Source: the human T2T-CHM13v2.0 reference genome, Homo sapiens. Taken from it: a stretch of DNA of 64,000 nucleotides. Below the pieces are notes generated by a model. That model saw nothing but the letters and a program-made list of their open reading frames with translations. It searched no databases and had not been told where the DNA came from. Positions 37,679 through 63,824 of the stretch are shown here, in pieces (positions within the stretch are counted from its first letter, which is position 1; every line of letters begins with the position of its first letter). The stretch is from NCBI RefSeq assembly GCF_009914755.1, contig NC_060943.1; one strand, given 5' to 3'. The position numbers and the translations under genes are program-made.

Positions 37679-39440
37679 CTAAAGCCCTGACTTCTAAAGC
37701 CCCTGCGGGAGACAGGAGACTCCCCCGACCCAGCAGAAGGCACACTGCAAGCCCCGCCCTTGGAAAACCTGCAGGCTTGGTTCAAGGGAGAAGACATCCA
37801 ACTCCAGGAAGCCCCAAAATGGGTGGAACAGGGAACCCGTGGCCCCTCACTTTAAGGACGACCTTGGGAAAGATGTGTTGCCAAGCCCTGGGGGAGTGGC
37901 AGGGCCCCCCACCCCTGCTAGGGAGGGAAGGCAGCTATTGGTTTCTACCAGCCCCTCCAGAGAGAACAGCAGTCCACAGACCAGCTTGTCAGAGGGCCAA
38001 GGGACTGCCCACCCAGTCCTGACAAGGATACAGGGCTTGCGCTGGTGCTGGGAAGATGGGGGGTGCCAGGCTAAGGGCTGTGTTGGGCATATGGGCACAA
38101 TCAGAGTAATAGCGAAGGGAGGGACAAGAGAAGGCTGGGGCCGGGGCATACAATGACCCCCCGACTCAACACCCAGTGCCAGTACCAGTAGGACCCAGAG
38201 GGTTGGCACAGCACAAGCACCCATGAAGGCAGGCCCTGGGGTCTGTTCCCCGAGTGGGTGGCCATGCCCCAATCCACAGTGCTAATGGGAGGCCCCAGGA
38301 GCTGCCTTTGAAGCCCTTCCCCAAACACCACTTGCCATGTGAGTGTCAACCAGGAAGTCTTTATTGAGCCAGAAGAGCACCCCAACCCCCCAAATCCTTG
38401 AGAGGCTAATGGAGAACAGGGGTGGGGTCTCTAAGGGGGGGGGGCGTAGACAGGTGGGGAGGAGGCTGAATGGGCAGAGCAGACAGTGGAGGTGAGGACC
38501 TGCCAGAAACCGAGGAAGCCCCTGCTCCTCGTCAGGGCCAGGTGGTCACTGGTCCTGCCTGCTCAGCCACCCCAAGGCTCCAGAATCACCCCTCCCCTCT
38601 TCCTTCCCTGTCGGCTTTGCCCCAGCCCCCCACCTGGGCCTCCCCCGAGCCTCCGATCCATTCTCCATATAGCAGCCTGAAGGGTGTTTTGGAAAGCTCA
38701 GACCTGACTTGCCTCCCAGAGACCCTCAAGAAACAAGGTCAAATTCCCACCTCGGCCTGCGAGACTCCTGTGTGGGCAGGCCCCAGGGGCACCTTTCCCA
38801 ATGGCGACAGCCTGACCTCCTCCCTTGACCAGGCCCCCTCCTTCGTCCCCTAGGTCCAGAACCAGCCAGCAAGCACCTCCCTCGGTCCCTGCAGTCTCCT
38901 GCTGCTGCCGCCTACTCATCCTTCCTTGGTCTCAGCCTGAGTGTCCCCTTTTTCGGGAAGTCTTCCCTGATGTCCCACACCCAGGCTGGGTTACATGGCC
39001 CCTCTGGGCTGCCCAGTCCCAGGCCACCCCTCTCAGTTGTTACTGGCCAGGGACTTCTTGTCTCTCCCTGGACTGTAAGCCCTGGAAGGACAGGGCTAGG
39101 GCTGTCTTTCCTGTGTCCCCAGCACTACCCAGGATGGATATGGGTGAGCAGAGGTGCTGACTTTTCTTAATGCTGGACTACCAGGAGTGGGTCTAGTTAT
39201 AGACAAGCTCCCCAGAGGAACAGGGTGGTCTACGGGGGAGTGAACAGTGCACAACAAAAGGACTCGACTTTGTGATCTGGAGCTTAGAGTGCAACCAGGA
39301 AGACTGCTGGTGCCTGAGCAGGAGAAAAACTTGGGTTGGGTGCTGGGGACACCAGCTGGAGGGTTGTCTGGCCTGCAGCGTGCACGCCTGGGCGTGTTGA
39401 AGGGTGGGGTGGTGTAGGGTAGGCCCTGCTGACCCCTCTG

Positions 39441-39577
39441 GGGGCCTCACTCCTGGTGGCCTGTGTGGCCTCTGGCAAGGCCCTTTCTCCTGGGCCAAGG
39501 ATCTTCAGGGGCCTGGCTCCTGGTGGCCTGTGTGGCCTCCGACAAGGCCCTTTCTTCTGGACCTAGGATCCTCAGGG
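39441..39577. repeat. 67-bp tandem duplication
   Basis: CTCCTGGTGGCCTGTGTGGCCTC...CAAGGCCCTTTCT...AGGATC repeated at 39450 and 39517. Confidence 0.9.
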
Positions 39578-40535
39578 CTTCTAATCTGGGTCCACAAATG
39601 GCCTTGGGGTGTGTGTGTGTATGTGTGAACCCCCTCAAACTGTATGCAAATAATATGAGCATACTGTCCTGGGAATGGGCTAGAACTTTCCTCAGATCAC
39701 CAAAGGGGTCGGGGAATGTGAAGACCACAGCCCTGGCCTATGAGCCTGGAGATCTTTCCTCCCTGCTGGTCTCCCACGAGAGGCCTTGGTGCCTCCTGGG
39801 TTTTATAATGTGGGTTTGACATTTCCATAAGCTGCTCTCTTGACCTTAAACGTTTCTCAGAGAACTTGCAGAGGAAGGTTAGGAAGTAAGTCACTGAAAA
39901 GCTGTTTCAAGCTAGAACACGAAAGTAAGCAGCACAGAGAGGAAGCCCCTTCCCGTCTGAGGGTGAGAAGAGAAATCAAAGGACAGCAGTCTTCTGAGTA
40001 TAGAGGGCGACAGTGAGGGTGTCCAGCTCCGTGGGACAGGATGGCTCCTGGCCCAGAAACCTTGCTCAGGAGGGATGGAGGGGTGGGCGCTCTCAGGGGA
40101 GGTGGTCCTTAGACGCTGAACCGGCAGAGCTGGGATTCCCACCCAGGTCCGTTTCACTTCAGATTCTGTTTCTTCTACCACACCACTTAGCTTCTGCGTG
40201 GCCCTGAGTAAGTCACCTAACCTCTCTGGAGCCTCCATTTCCTGTCTACACAATGGAAGTGAACATACCCACCAAGTGGCGGACCAGCAGGCTCAGGCCT
40301 GTAGGCGTTCAGGGAGAGCCCAGCGCAGAGTGCTCAGTGAGTGGGGGCCATCGTGAGGCGGCCAGTTCGTCACCAACCCTGCCGCCCTGCAGGCAAGCTC
40401 TCCTGCCTCACCTACCCTGGCCCACAAGTGCCCTGGAGCCCTGGGTCTGCCCTGCTGCTGCGCCTCTACCACTCACGGTGTGCCCTGCTTCCTTCTGTTC
40501 CTCGGGGCTAGGGGTGGGGCTACCCAACTGCTTTA

Positions 40536-41033
<498 letters not shown>

Positions 41034-41531
41034 TCAGGGCTGGAACAGGGGAAGTGACTGACAACATAAAAAGGGGACACCGAAGGCAGCAGCAGCCCTC
41101 AGGCAGCGTGAGGTTGCCACTGTGTGCTCCTCCCCATCCTGGGCTCCCACCCTGGGTAGCGTGTGGCACGGCTGGGTCTCTCTGCCCCTGGGCTGTGCAC
41201 CCCCGAGGGCAGGGTAGGACCACCTCCTCGTGTGGTCCCCAACACAGACTCCAACGCGGCACAGGGGGTCATGGGCATTTGTGGCACAGGGCAAGATGGA
41301 GCCAGGCTACAGGCTTCCAAAAAGTGGCTGGAGCCTTCTGCTGTGTGGGGCCTGGGGGAGTGGAGGGGAGGCTGGTGGAGTGGCTCTTTGCTGCTGCTAT
41401 TTTGATGGTCCCAGAGCCATCTATATGTGTGTTTTAAACCACCAGGGTCTGCGTGGAACAGACATCCTCCATTTTTTCTCTAGCACCAACCACTGGGGTA
41501 AGGGTGAACAATCCCTTGCTAGTTTTTCTAA

Positions 41532-41802
<271 letters not shown>

Positions 41803-42180
41803 TCAAGTTTTGTTTCTTTTTGACTGTGTCAAAACGAAATGCCCCTGGCCCACAGCTTGAGGGATTCGGGCAAGATCTGAGGAGGGGCCAGACTGGAGCC
41901 GGGCCTGAGAGGGGCTGGTGTGTGGCCAGATCCTAAAAGGGAAGATGCTGCTGGAGCCTCCGCCCCTAGCTCCACGGTCTTGCCCCTGCTGTGAATGAAA
42001 CCATCATAAAAATATCCCAGAGGGTGGCCTGGGAGCTCCGGGACACATGGAGATGTCCAGTACAGCTGGTGTCCCAGGGAGCAGGATGTGCCCTCTCTCC
42101 CTGAGGGGGGTGCCTGCACCTTGCCTTCTGCCCCAGCACCTGGGGTGGGTGGGCCTCTTGGTGGGGATGAGGCTGCATCA

Positions 42181-42276
<96 letters not shown>

Positions 42277-42801
42277 CTACAGGGAGAAGGTGGTGGGGGT
42301 GGGAGTTGAGTCACATACACCCTCATTTCCCTTCTAGACAAGCCACCCCTTCTGCTCGCCCTGGGGAGCTGGGGGCAAGCTCTGGCTCACTGAGCCCCTC
42401 CTACCCTCACCACACCCTCAGGGCGGAGCTTTCTCCCCAGCTCTCACCCCATCTGAGCCCCCTGCATGTCACATGTGTGTGCCCCCAAGAGGCATCCTGA
42501 TCCTTGTCTGACAGAGGAGAAAAGCGAGTCTCAAAGAGGGGAAGGGACCTGCTTGAGGTAGAGGAGGAAGCAGCAGAGCCATTGGCACCCGGGTGCCCAT
42601 GCAAATGAGGCCAGGAGCTGCTCCGCATTTCCAGGGTACCCAGGTGTCGGCGGCTTCCATGACTTCTGACCACAGGCAAGGTGCCTTCTGCCCTCTGCTA
42701 TGTGCCTCTGGCTCAACTGCTGCTGAAGCAACGTGCTGCCCTGCCCCTCCCAGTCCCACATGTCCCAGGTAGCAGGGACAAACAGGCCTCCAGCTCCATA
42801 C

Positions 42802-42902
42802 CTTCTCCAGCCCATTGAGCACCGGGATGAGGAAGCGGACGTCTGGCAGTCGCTTGTGGTAGAGATCCCGGACCCGCTTCACCAGCTCTGGGGAGGGTGG
42901 GA
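42802..42902 (-). CDS. SYMPK: SYMPK exon 20
   Basis: [33 protein letters not shown]; 101 nt. Confidence 0.93.
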
Positions 42903-43074
42903 CTGCATGGAAGCAGCAGGAGGCACCAAGTTGGAGGCGGAGGGGAGCGTGGGAAAGGGTGGGCACCCAGGAAAGAGAAGCAGGCAGGTGTGCAGGAAGG
43001 GATGGCAACTTCACCCTTGGCTGCTCACGTGCAATTAGCACCACACTGTTCCAAATGGAGAAACTGAGGCCCTA

Positions 43075-43305
<231 letters not shown>

Positions 43306-44392
43306 CTAGAGGCAGAGACAGGGATGACCAGACCCAGAGTGAGAGCTTAGGGGAGGCTCAGGTGTTGCCCGGCAGGGTGGCTGCGGGGCATGCTGGCGCC
43401 CAGGGTGAGACTGAGGTGACAGGGTTTGGAGGGCGGGGGAAAGGTGGGGAAGGGCAGGAGAGTCAGAGGAACCTTGGCATCTCCCTGCAGCTCCTCCAGA
43501 CATGGGCCTGCTCCAGCTCCCAGCCCTGGCTGGGCTGCCCTCCTGCGGGCCACTCCTCTGTGGCTCAGACTTGACCTGACCTCGAATGCCCACCCTGTGC
43601 TTCGTTCACTGGTGAAGATGTTTCTGGCTCCACCCACCTGCTTCGTGACTCGGTTTCTCAGGCGCAGCTGGCTTGGCTGCGAGCCCAGACCAGGCTCCAC
43701 CTGCTGCTGCTTCCTGAGCCTGCCCTGCGGTGAATGCCAAACAGGAGCCAGGGCCAGGCTCCACCTCTGCCCAGTAACGTTTACGCTCCTGACTAAAACC
43801 GACTGTCTCTGCCCTCGAGAAGCTCACAGCCCTGCCAGATCACTTTTCTGCAAAGTGAGATCACTTTTCCACAGCTGGAGCACCTTGAGAATGGGGCTAA
43901 AAATCTGTTTCCTCCCGACTACAAGCCTGTTATCCCCATTTTCCAGGTAAGGGCCCCACTGAACCCAAATGGCAGATAGGTGGGGATTAACATACACTTC
44001 TCTCTCCCGTTTATCACGAAAATGTTCTGTAATCCAAAAATGTCAGGGGCAGAAAGAAAAAAAGTGGTTTCAAATCCTGCTGCAAACTGGAAGAGCAGAC
44101 CTTCTAATCTCAGGTGCTAGTCTGTCACTGAGCTGCTTCTCATGTGGGCAGCCCTGTGCCTCTAGAGAGAGGGGCAGGAAGGACTTATGTTTATGTAATG
44201 ACAGCTAAAGAGTCCCGTTAGCAACACCAGGAAGGCCAGCTCATAAAGTGACAGTAACACAGAGGTTTATGTGCCTGAGTTCATGGACTCCTTGCATCAG
44301 CGTGGAGGGACTGGAACGTCTTCCCCATTTTTACTGACGGGCCCAAGGTCGCAGTGAGAAAGCGAGAAGTGAACGCGAACCCAGGTCTATCA

Positions 44393-44980
<588 letters not shown>

Positions 44981-45502
44981 CTAAAGTGCGATCCTGACCC
45001 TGTCCCTCTCTGGCTCCAAGCCCAGCCATGCCTGCCCTGTGGCCTCAGAATAAACCCCCAGCTCCCTGCCTCACACTGTCTGCCAGGTGTTGTATGGGGT
45101 GGCCCCGGCCCGCTGCTGCTCTGCTGCCCTCCATGTTGGTCACATACCCATTCTAACAGTCCCGAGGGCCCTGGTCTCTTTGCCTTTGCATCCACCCTCC
45201 TCTTTGCCTGGTCCACGGCACCTGCTCAGCTTCTGGGCCTCCCGAAGGCTGTGCATCTCCTGGGAATGCTTCCTGGCACCTGGGCCAGGCCTCCCGTGCT
45301 GCCCTATCATGGCCCAAGCCTTCCCATTTAATGGTCCATTTACTCGGGGTCTGAGTCTACCTGTCTGTAATCCAGGGCTCTGCTGAGGGAACCTGCCTGA
45401 GATGGCCCTGCCTGGTCCTTCCTCAGGCCCCACCGATGGCTGGCTCTCCTCGTCCTCCAGATCTCTCTCCCTGACCCCCCAGGCTGGGCCAGATGCCCCC
45501 TA

Positions 45503-45925
<423 letters not shown>

Positions 45926-46878
45926 TTACCAGGGCCCAGGGCTGGTCCCCAGGCAGGAGGCAGATATCCTGGCCAGGGCCGGACCCGCAGCACCACCTCA
46001 CTGCCTGCCTCTCCAGCCCATCTGCCCATCACTGCTTCTTGCCTTGCTCACTAAGCTCCAAGCAGAGGGAGAGCTCCTCAGTTCCTTAAAAGTGCCACTC
46101 CCTGCCAAGTCTCCCTAGAACGTCTACTGCCAGCTAAACCCTGTTTCACTCAGATATCATCTGCCAGGAGCCGTGAGGGAAGGGTCTGGTCCTGGGCACT
46201 CTGACCCCAGCAGCAGCACATGGCCATGGCCAGGGCCAGGGCCAGGGGTGTGAGATGAAGGTCTGCTGAATGAATGAAAACGCTACCCAGCAAGGGCTGG
46301 GGCAAAAGGCTGCAGGCAACGATGGGTCAAGGGCGCTCTCAACCACAGCACGTGCACATCTGTCCCCTCTGTCTAGAGCACACCCAGCTACTGATTTTCC
46401 AGGTCTCAGCGTACAAGTCCCCTCCTTGAAAGAAGCCTTCCTTGAAACACCTCCCCTGCCCACCCCACAACCAGATGGTCGGCCCCTCCCTCCCCAGGGC
46501 AGCCACACACTGCTCTGCTCAGCTGCTGAGCACGCTGTGTCCTCACTGCTGGCTGAGGCCACACCGGCTCCCCTGCTGGGCTGGGCAATGCCCTCAGGCC
46601 CCGGCACAGGACTGGGCTGCACGAGGAGCCTGTGCTGGCCACCACGGGTGGACTAAGAGCGAGAGTGGGACTGCCCTTCCCAGGAGGGCAAGCGCACGTG
46701 TGTGTGTGTACACACTGCAGGCAGACTCAGGCACGGTAACCCTGGTTTCTAGGCAGCTTGATGCCACTGAAAATGAAAATAAAACAAACAGACAGAAATA
46801 GCCAAAAAACCACTGAAAGAAGGGAATGGGCCCAGAGAAACTTGCAAGGGAGTGTGGAAGACGTGGGCTGGTTACTCA

Positions 46879-47082
<204 letters not shown>

Positions 47083-47268
47083 TCAGCCCACCTGAGTGTG
47101 CCTCTGGGCTCTGTCTTTCCTGCCTGCCTCTGATCAGGTACCTGGACAAAAGGGCCCGGTCCCTCACAAAACCCCCGGCCACAAGGTTTAGACTGTGTGC
47201 CCTTCAGACCCCTCAGGGCAGGGCCCTGTCCCCTGCCCCGGGCTGCACTGACCAGGGCCTGTCCTCAC

Positions 47269-47350
47269 CTCATCCTCGCAGTACTTGCGGACCACCTCCA
47301 GGGCACTCTCTGTGATGAGTGGCGCCTCCAGCACAACCTTGGTGAAGATC
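47269..47350 (-). CDS. SYMPK: SYMPK exon 15
   Basis: [27 protein letters not shown]; 82 nt, phase 2-0. Confidence 0.9.
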
Positions 47351-48400
47351 CTGCCAGAGATGGAGGGAGGGCCATGGCTGCAGAGGAAGAGGCCGCCTGG
47401 CTCCCGGGCCCTGCTGAATTGTAGGAGCTCAGGGCCAGCAGGCCCTCCCTCAGGGGCTGCTTGTTCAAGCCCCTGGTTATAAAGCTTTGGAGGTGAACAG
47501 AACAGGGTTCAAAAGCTGGCGGCTGGATGATCTGGGCAGAGACTGCACCTCTCTGAAACTCATTTCTTCCGTTTGTCAAACAGGGATTCCTAACTTTATT
47601 CACTGAACATAAGAACGGGAGGGAATGATGGCGGGTGGAGAAGGGTGTGGGTATTTTAGATATGGTGGCCTCAAAAGGCCGCTTTGAAGTTACAGTTGAG
47701 TACACTGGTGGATGAGAAGGAGCCACCCACACATAGAGTTGAGGGAAGAGCATTCCAGGTGGACAGAACAGGAAGCACCAGCGCCCTGAATTTGACATGT
47801 TCGAGGAACAGACAGAAGGCCAATGTGGCTAATGTTCGGGGGGTAAAGCCAAAGAGATTGGGTCACATAAGGCCTCACTGGTCACAGTAAGGAGGCTGTG
47901 TTTTATCCCAAGACCAATGGAGAACCATGGAAGGTTCCTTGTGGGGAAGTAATAAAAGGATTTATATAATAAAATGTTCCTGGAGCTGCTGTGTGGAGGA
48001 TAGACGAGTAAGCTGGAGGCCACGGATAGGGAGGAAGCTACAGAACCAACTCAGGTAGTGAATGGGGTGTAGAGAAGTCTATCTCCAGGCCCATGGGTGA
48101 GCACTGTTATTTACAGATGGGAAAATGGCAGAGAGAGGGAGTGACAAAGCCACGCAGAGCAAGCTCAGAGCAAGTGGCAGAGCTGAGGAACAGCTCAGGG
48201 AGTGCGACCTGGAGCCCACATGCAAAACTACAACCTTGAACGTGCCTCCAGAGGGGGAGGAGGAGAGGAGACTTGGGATGGGTGCGAGGAGGACTGACTC
48301 GGGGGGTGACGAAGAGGGAGGTGGTCGCAATCAGAAAGGGAGGGCAGCACCAGGAGAGGAAGCCTCTTGGGGACAGGAGGGTGCAGGGTCAGCCCCCTCA

Positions 48401-48661
<261 letters not shown>

Positions 48662-49293
48662 TCAGTGTAGGGTGGGCAATCCAGGGACTCCGCAATCGTG
48701 CCCTGCGACTTCTCCCACCCAGACGCAGGAACTCTCAGAGCAGACAAGGAGTGAAGCGAGGAAGGCCAGCCGAGGACCCTTATGCCTAGGAAGGTCCCGT
48801 TTGTGTGTTGGGGGGTGGGGGTACCAGGGTGGGGATCGATCATCACAGAATAAAAATGAGTTTCTAGGAGCAGCACCCATGTACTTAAGTGCACAGAAAA
48901 AGATCCTCAAAGATTCCCCTCATTTGTGCCTTTGTCACCTTTGAAGAGAGGGATGGGGTGCAGGTGATGGCCACGGAAGAGTACTGGATCTGGATTCCCC
49001 GGAAATATTTTTCAGTTCAGGGAGTATGTTCCTATACTACTGGCTAATCAACAATTAACTTCACAGAATGGGGAAAAAGTCACTTTTCCCCATTCTTTGA
49101 AGGTAACAGTGCCAGCAAGTGGCAGAATCAGGACAGAGAACCAGGTATATTTCTAAAGCTAAATAGTAACAGTAAGAACGTTAACAACCGTGAAGAACCA
49201 AGACCACAAGAGCAGCCCTCACTTGCAGAGGCCTCCCAGCACCTGCCCTGTGCACCTGAGTGCCTGTGCTCATTGCACATTTCCTCCTCGTCA

Positions 49294-49710
<417 letters not shown>

Positions 49711-50039
49711 TCAAGGACTAGGTAGGCAACAGAGATGGCCCCCATCCCCCTGCTGCCTCTCCAGTTCCTCTGTGTCTCTGAGGCACGGTGTGGCGGTGGG
49801 TAAGAAGAAGGAAGAGGATGTTATTTTGGTTTTGCAGAGGGCGTCTTACGGAAGGCTTCTGTGAGTGGGGATCTGAACGGAGGCAGGGACAAGATACACA
49901 AATGTCTGGGGGACCAGCTCTCCAGGCAAAGGCCCTTAGGTGGGAACAGACTTGTGGGCATGAGTGGAGGAGGGGTGAGGGTAGCAGAAGAGAGCTCGGA
50001 GGGTAGCAGATCCCGCTCAGCTGTGTTAGTAAGACTTGG

Positions 50040-50470
<431 letters not shown>

Positions 50471-50708
50471 TCACAATCACTTTTCACTCGAGTATCTAGT
50501 TACCTAACCATCACCATTACCACGAACTAATTTAATTCTTCTTTGATCCTTATGAGAAAGATACTATCATTATCCTAATTTTAGACATAAAAAAGGATTT
50601 TTTTTTTTTTTTTTACAGGAAAGAGAACAGCAAAGGCTTAGTGGTTATGGCACTGACTCGGGAGTCAGAGAGAACCTATTCCAGACTTCCTTCTGTCTGC
50701 ATCTCAGT

Positions 50709-50746
50709 TACACACACACACACACACGCACACGCACACGCACACG
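50709..50746. repeat. (CA)n/(CACACG)n alternating purine-pyrimidine microsatellite
   Basis: TACACACACACACACACACGCACACGCACACGCACACG. Confidence 0.9.
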
Positions 50747-50809
50747 AGCTGAGAACCAGACCTTCAGGGTAGGGCTCCTGTCCTGCCCTAGCACCCAGAA
50801 GAGGACTCA

Positions 50810-51049
<240 letters not shown>

Positions 51050-51267
51050 TCAGACCCACCTGCTCCAACCCGAGGACCTCCTGTGTGCCTGGCTCTGTTC
51101 TGAGCCCTGTACACACAAAACCTTGTTTAAATCCACACAACACTGTCCTGGAGTGGGTACTCTTTTTATCCCCACTTTTCAATACAACTGAGGCTCAAAC
51201 TAGAAATGCCATTCATTGCTGGGGGGAGCAGCAAATGCTACAGCCACTTTGGAAACATGATGAGCAG

Positions 51268-54210
<2,943 letters not shown>

Positions 54211-54412
54211 GTTAAAACAGGGTAAAACTATGAAGCTCAGAGAGGTTAACTAACTTGACCAAAGTCATACAGATATTAAGTGGATGAGATCTGATTCAAC
54301 TCAAACTTCAAACCCAGGTCTGTTGGATTCCAAAGCCCAGGACTTAAAAACACTGAGCCATCTATCTGTGGTACCTGTCATTATCTACACCTTAGCTCCC
54401 ACATGATTTTCA

Positions 54413-54685
<273 letters not shown>

Positions 54686-55016
54686 TTAATCATTAACTCA
54701 AGAAGCATTCTTTCCATGCCCATGCCAATACTGGGGAAATGGCAGTGCCTAAGACCGACTTGGGCCTGCTCTCCTGGGGCCCAGCCTCTTCTGGAAGTCA
54801 CAGAGAAAACAAATAATTATATAGTGTAGTGCTTGAGAGGGTAACATGAAGGGCACTGTGAGCCACAGCAGGAGCCAGGCAAGGCAAGGGCTCCCTGCGC
54901 AAGAAGCACCTAGGCTGAGAACTGAGGGGAGGGCAGGAGTCAGCATAATACAGGACAAGGTTTTGAGGTGGGAGGGGTGTGTATTCCCCGTAGAGAAACA
55001 CCATGGGAGAAGGCTA

Positions 55017-57080
<2,064 letters not shown>

Positions 57081-57423
57081 TTAACAGAAGCCAGATCAAA
57101 GATGGCTGACTAAGGCAAGTGGAACTTAAATTTTACTTGAAGGAAGTTGGAGCCAGGTAGCAAGTGAGGGTTGGGCTTCAGGTGAAAAGGGTGGGCCTGG
57201 CCCAGGGTAAGTGCTACAGGGGTGGAAAAGAGGGCAAGGATTAGGGAGAGAAGGAAAAGAGGTTCACTCCCAGGTTTCTGGTTTGGGAACTGGGAGGGGC
57301 CTGGAGAGGAGCGTGGGGAGAAAGTGGAAAAGTGTAGTTCTGCCACATGAGTCTGAGGTGCTCCTGGGACGTCCAAAAGGAGGATGATCAGAAGCGGGTT
57401 GCATACCCAGGCCTGAGGCTCAC

Positions 57424-57790
57424 TGATGTAGTCTGGATATTTGTTCCTTCCCGAATCTCATGTTGAATTACAATCCCCGATGTGGGAGGTGGGGCCTGGT
57501 CGGGGGTGTTTGGATCATGGGGGCAGATCCCTCATGGCTTGGTGCTGTCTTCAGGATAGCGAGTTGTCACAAGATCTGGTCATTTAAAAGTGTGTGGCAC
57601 CTCCCTGCTCCCCAACACTCCCTTTCTCCTGCTCCTGCTCTGCCACACGAGATGCCTGCTCCCCCTTCACCTTTCACTATGATTGGAAGCTTCCTGAGGT
57701 TTCCCCAGAAGCTAAGCAGATGCCAGCACCACGCTTCCTATACAGCCTGCAGAACTGTAAGCCAATTAAACCCCTTTTCTTTATTAATTA
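57424..57790 (+). mobile_element. ERVL-MaLR MST-family solo LTR (3'-truncated)
   Basis: TGATGTAGTCTGGATATTTG...AATCTCATGTTGAAT...GGATCATGGGGGCAGAT...CAGCCTGCAGAACTGTAAGCCAATTAAACC matches MST/THE1-type LTR. Confidence 0.85.
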
Positions 57791-57896
57791 GGAGGGTACT
57801 CTGGAGGAGGTGGATGGTGTGAAGTGGAGGCAGGTGAAAGACCGAGGAGATCCTTCCTTCCTGCCCAGGGAGAAAACGCTCCCCACCCATCCTCAC

Positions 57897-58051
57897 CAGA
57901 TTAGCCACATTATCAGGCGTCAGCAGAGGCTGCAGGAACTCAGCTGTGATGTCCGTGTCTGACTGGCCGGAGATCTGCGCTGAGGCCTTCGAGGTCCCCG
58001 ACGGGCCTGGCTCCAAGTCTTTGTCCTCATCGTCCTCCCCCAGGTTGGGCT
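57897..58051 (-). CDS. SYMPK: SYMPK exon 10
   Basis: [51 protein letters not shown]; 155 nt. Confidence 0.93.
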
Positions 58052-58308
58052 CTGGGATGAGGGAAAAGAACAAGATGCTGGCTATAGAGAGAGCTGCAGG
58101 CCCTCCATCCTTCCGGGGTGCCCGGGTGGTCCCTGCCTCTAGTCAGCCTCAGCAAACAGGAGCAAACAGCGGATGAAGATCCAGGCTGCAGCTCTGCCTC
58201 TGGTGCCAAACCACTTTATGACCCTGGGCAACTACCTGACTCGTTCTGAACCTCAGATCTCCTGATCTGGGAAATGGGAGTAAGCCACACCCCTGCAGCT
58301 TATCATAA

Positions 58309-61572
<3,264 letters not shown>

Positions 61573-61647
61573 ACATAACATAATCTATAATATAATCTTA
61601 GTAAATACAAATTCAGCATAGTTTAAGGTAAATAATGAAACATTTCA

Positions 61648-61965
<318 letters not shown>

Positions 61966-62419
61966 TCATGGCATGCTGCCAGTCTTAATTCTCAACCCCA
62001 AACTTGGGCAGTGGTCTTGCAGGCATCTACTAGAAAAGTTCCTTCACCCTCAGATCTAACGTGCGGCTTTCCGCCTTACAAGCTGATGCTTCAAACCCTG
62101 GGGGTCTCCATCAGTATCAGTCAATCTTAAAGAGAAAAACTCACCCTCTCTTTTAGTAAATACATACAATTTCGTCCTCCTCCATCTCTGGTCTGGAAAT
62201 TCACATATGCTTCGCTTGGGGAGGGTTATAATCACCACTTTTGCCTCCAGAAACCCCCAACTGAACTGCTGCAACAGCTCACTGCTAGTCTCCCTGACGC
62301 CAGGATGACTTTCTAATGGTCACCCTGATAAGTGAGCCTCCCCTGTTCCACAGTGAAAAAGGATGCCTGTAATTCTGCCTGCCTAGCATCCACTGCCCCT
62401 TCCTCAGCCAACAACACAA

Positions 62420-62820
62420 CCCACTCTCCGTTAAGGGAGACCCCCCTTCTCCAGTCTCCTTCCGAGTGGGCATGAGACCTGGGGCCAGTGAGAATACCAC
62501 ATTCCCTCGGCCACTGTAATTGGCTCAGAGACTGGCTCATAATCTCTGCTCAGCCAATCAGAAACAATGACCGTCAGCCCTTGGACTTCTGCTGGAATGG
62601 TTGGGAAGGAGACACTCTCTTTCCCATGGTGTTGCTAAGTGAACGGAATGGGAGCCATGAACTATGGGGGGCCATCTTTGCTACCCTAAGGAAAGGGCCA
62701 GAGAGTGAAACTAAAATGGAGAAACAAAGAGCTGAGAGATGGAGAAATGCAGATCCACGACCTGTACGCATTCATACCCCAACCCCAGACTTCTCGGTTT
62801 TCGTTTCACAAAACAGAGAA
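62420..62820 (+). mobile_element. Old MLT1-like LTR remnant
   Basis: TAATTGGCTCAGAGA...GCCAATCAG...GGGGGCCATCTTTGCTACC pattern typical of MLT1 LTRs. Confidence 0.45.
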
Positions 62821-63100
62821 AATGGTATGAGTCTCTGTGTACCCATCAACATTTCGCTAATCTTGGAACATCTATCCTCCCTTTTGGTGGGGGGAGAGGA
62901 CTGGAATATTTGAAAGTATTTCACAGACATCATGTCATTTCACCCCCACATACCTCAATATTAAAGCCAGTCCTGAATCAAGTTTCTGTCACATGCCAAA
63001 AGATTCCTGTCTAATGTAGAGAATCTCAGGCCTGCCAGATGGATGACTAGCGCTCGGGGTCCACCACGGAGCTACATTTCTTTAAGAATGAGCAGGCTGA

Positions 63101-63459
<359 letters not shown>

Positions 63460-63463
63460 CTAC

Positions 63464-63634
63464 CATGCAGAGTTTCATAGGCCTGGATCACCTCAGACAT
63501 GAACATGGGTCTCTGGCGGGCGATATTGGCAAGGGAGCCCAGCGCTGTGGTCAGGTTGATGGAGGAGATGGCAGGGTGCACCATGAACTTAAGCAGCTGC
63601 TCCAAGGCTGCCTTGCCCTCTTCCCATAGCACGT
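63464..63634 (-). CDS. SYMPK: SYMPK (symplekin) exon 8; earlier exons lie right of the window
   Basis: [56 protein letters not shown]; 171 nt; the 20 in-window exons sum to 3149 nt in one open frame. Confidence 0.94.
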
Positions 63635-63824
63635 CTAAGAGACAGAGAGGAGAACCAGTCAGTGGGATCCGTTTTCCCAGGCCTCTGGAGACAGCAGCTT
63701 TTGGGACTAAAAGGAAGGACAGATCCTGGTACCTAGATGTCTATGAATGGCGGGAAAAACAGAAAATGTGGTGGTTGATTAGTTCTATGAGACTATTAAT
63801 GAGTATAAAAATTTAGTTATAAGG

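Noticed and set aside
47595-47600. Minus-strand AATAAA in SYMPK intron 14
   Set aside because: Lies in a MIR-like remnant with no clear downstream U/GU element; common by chance
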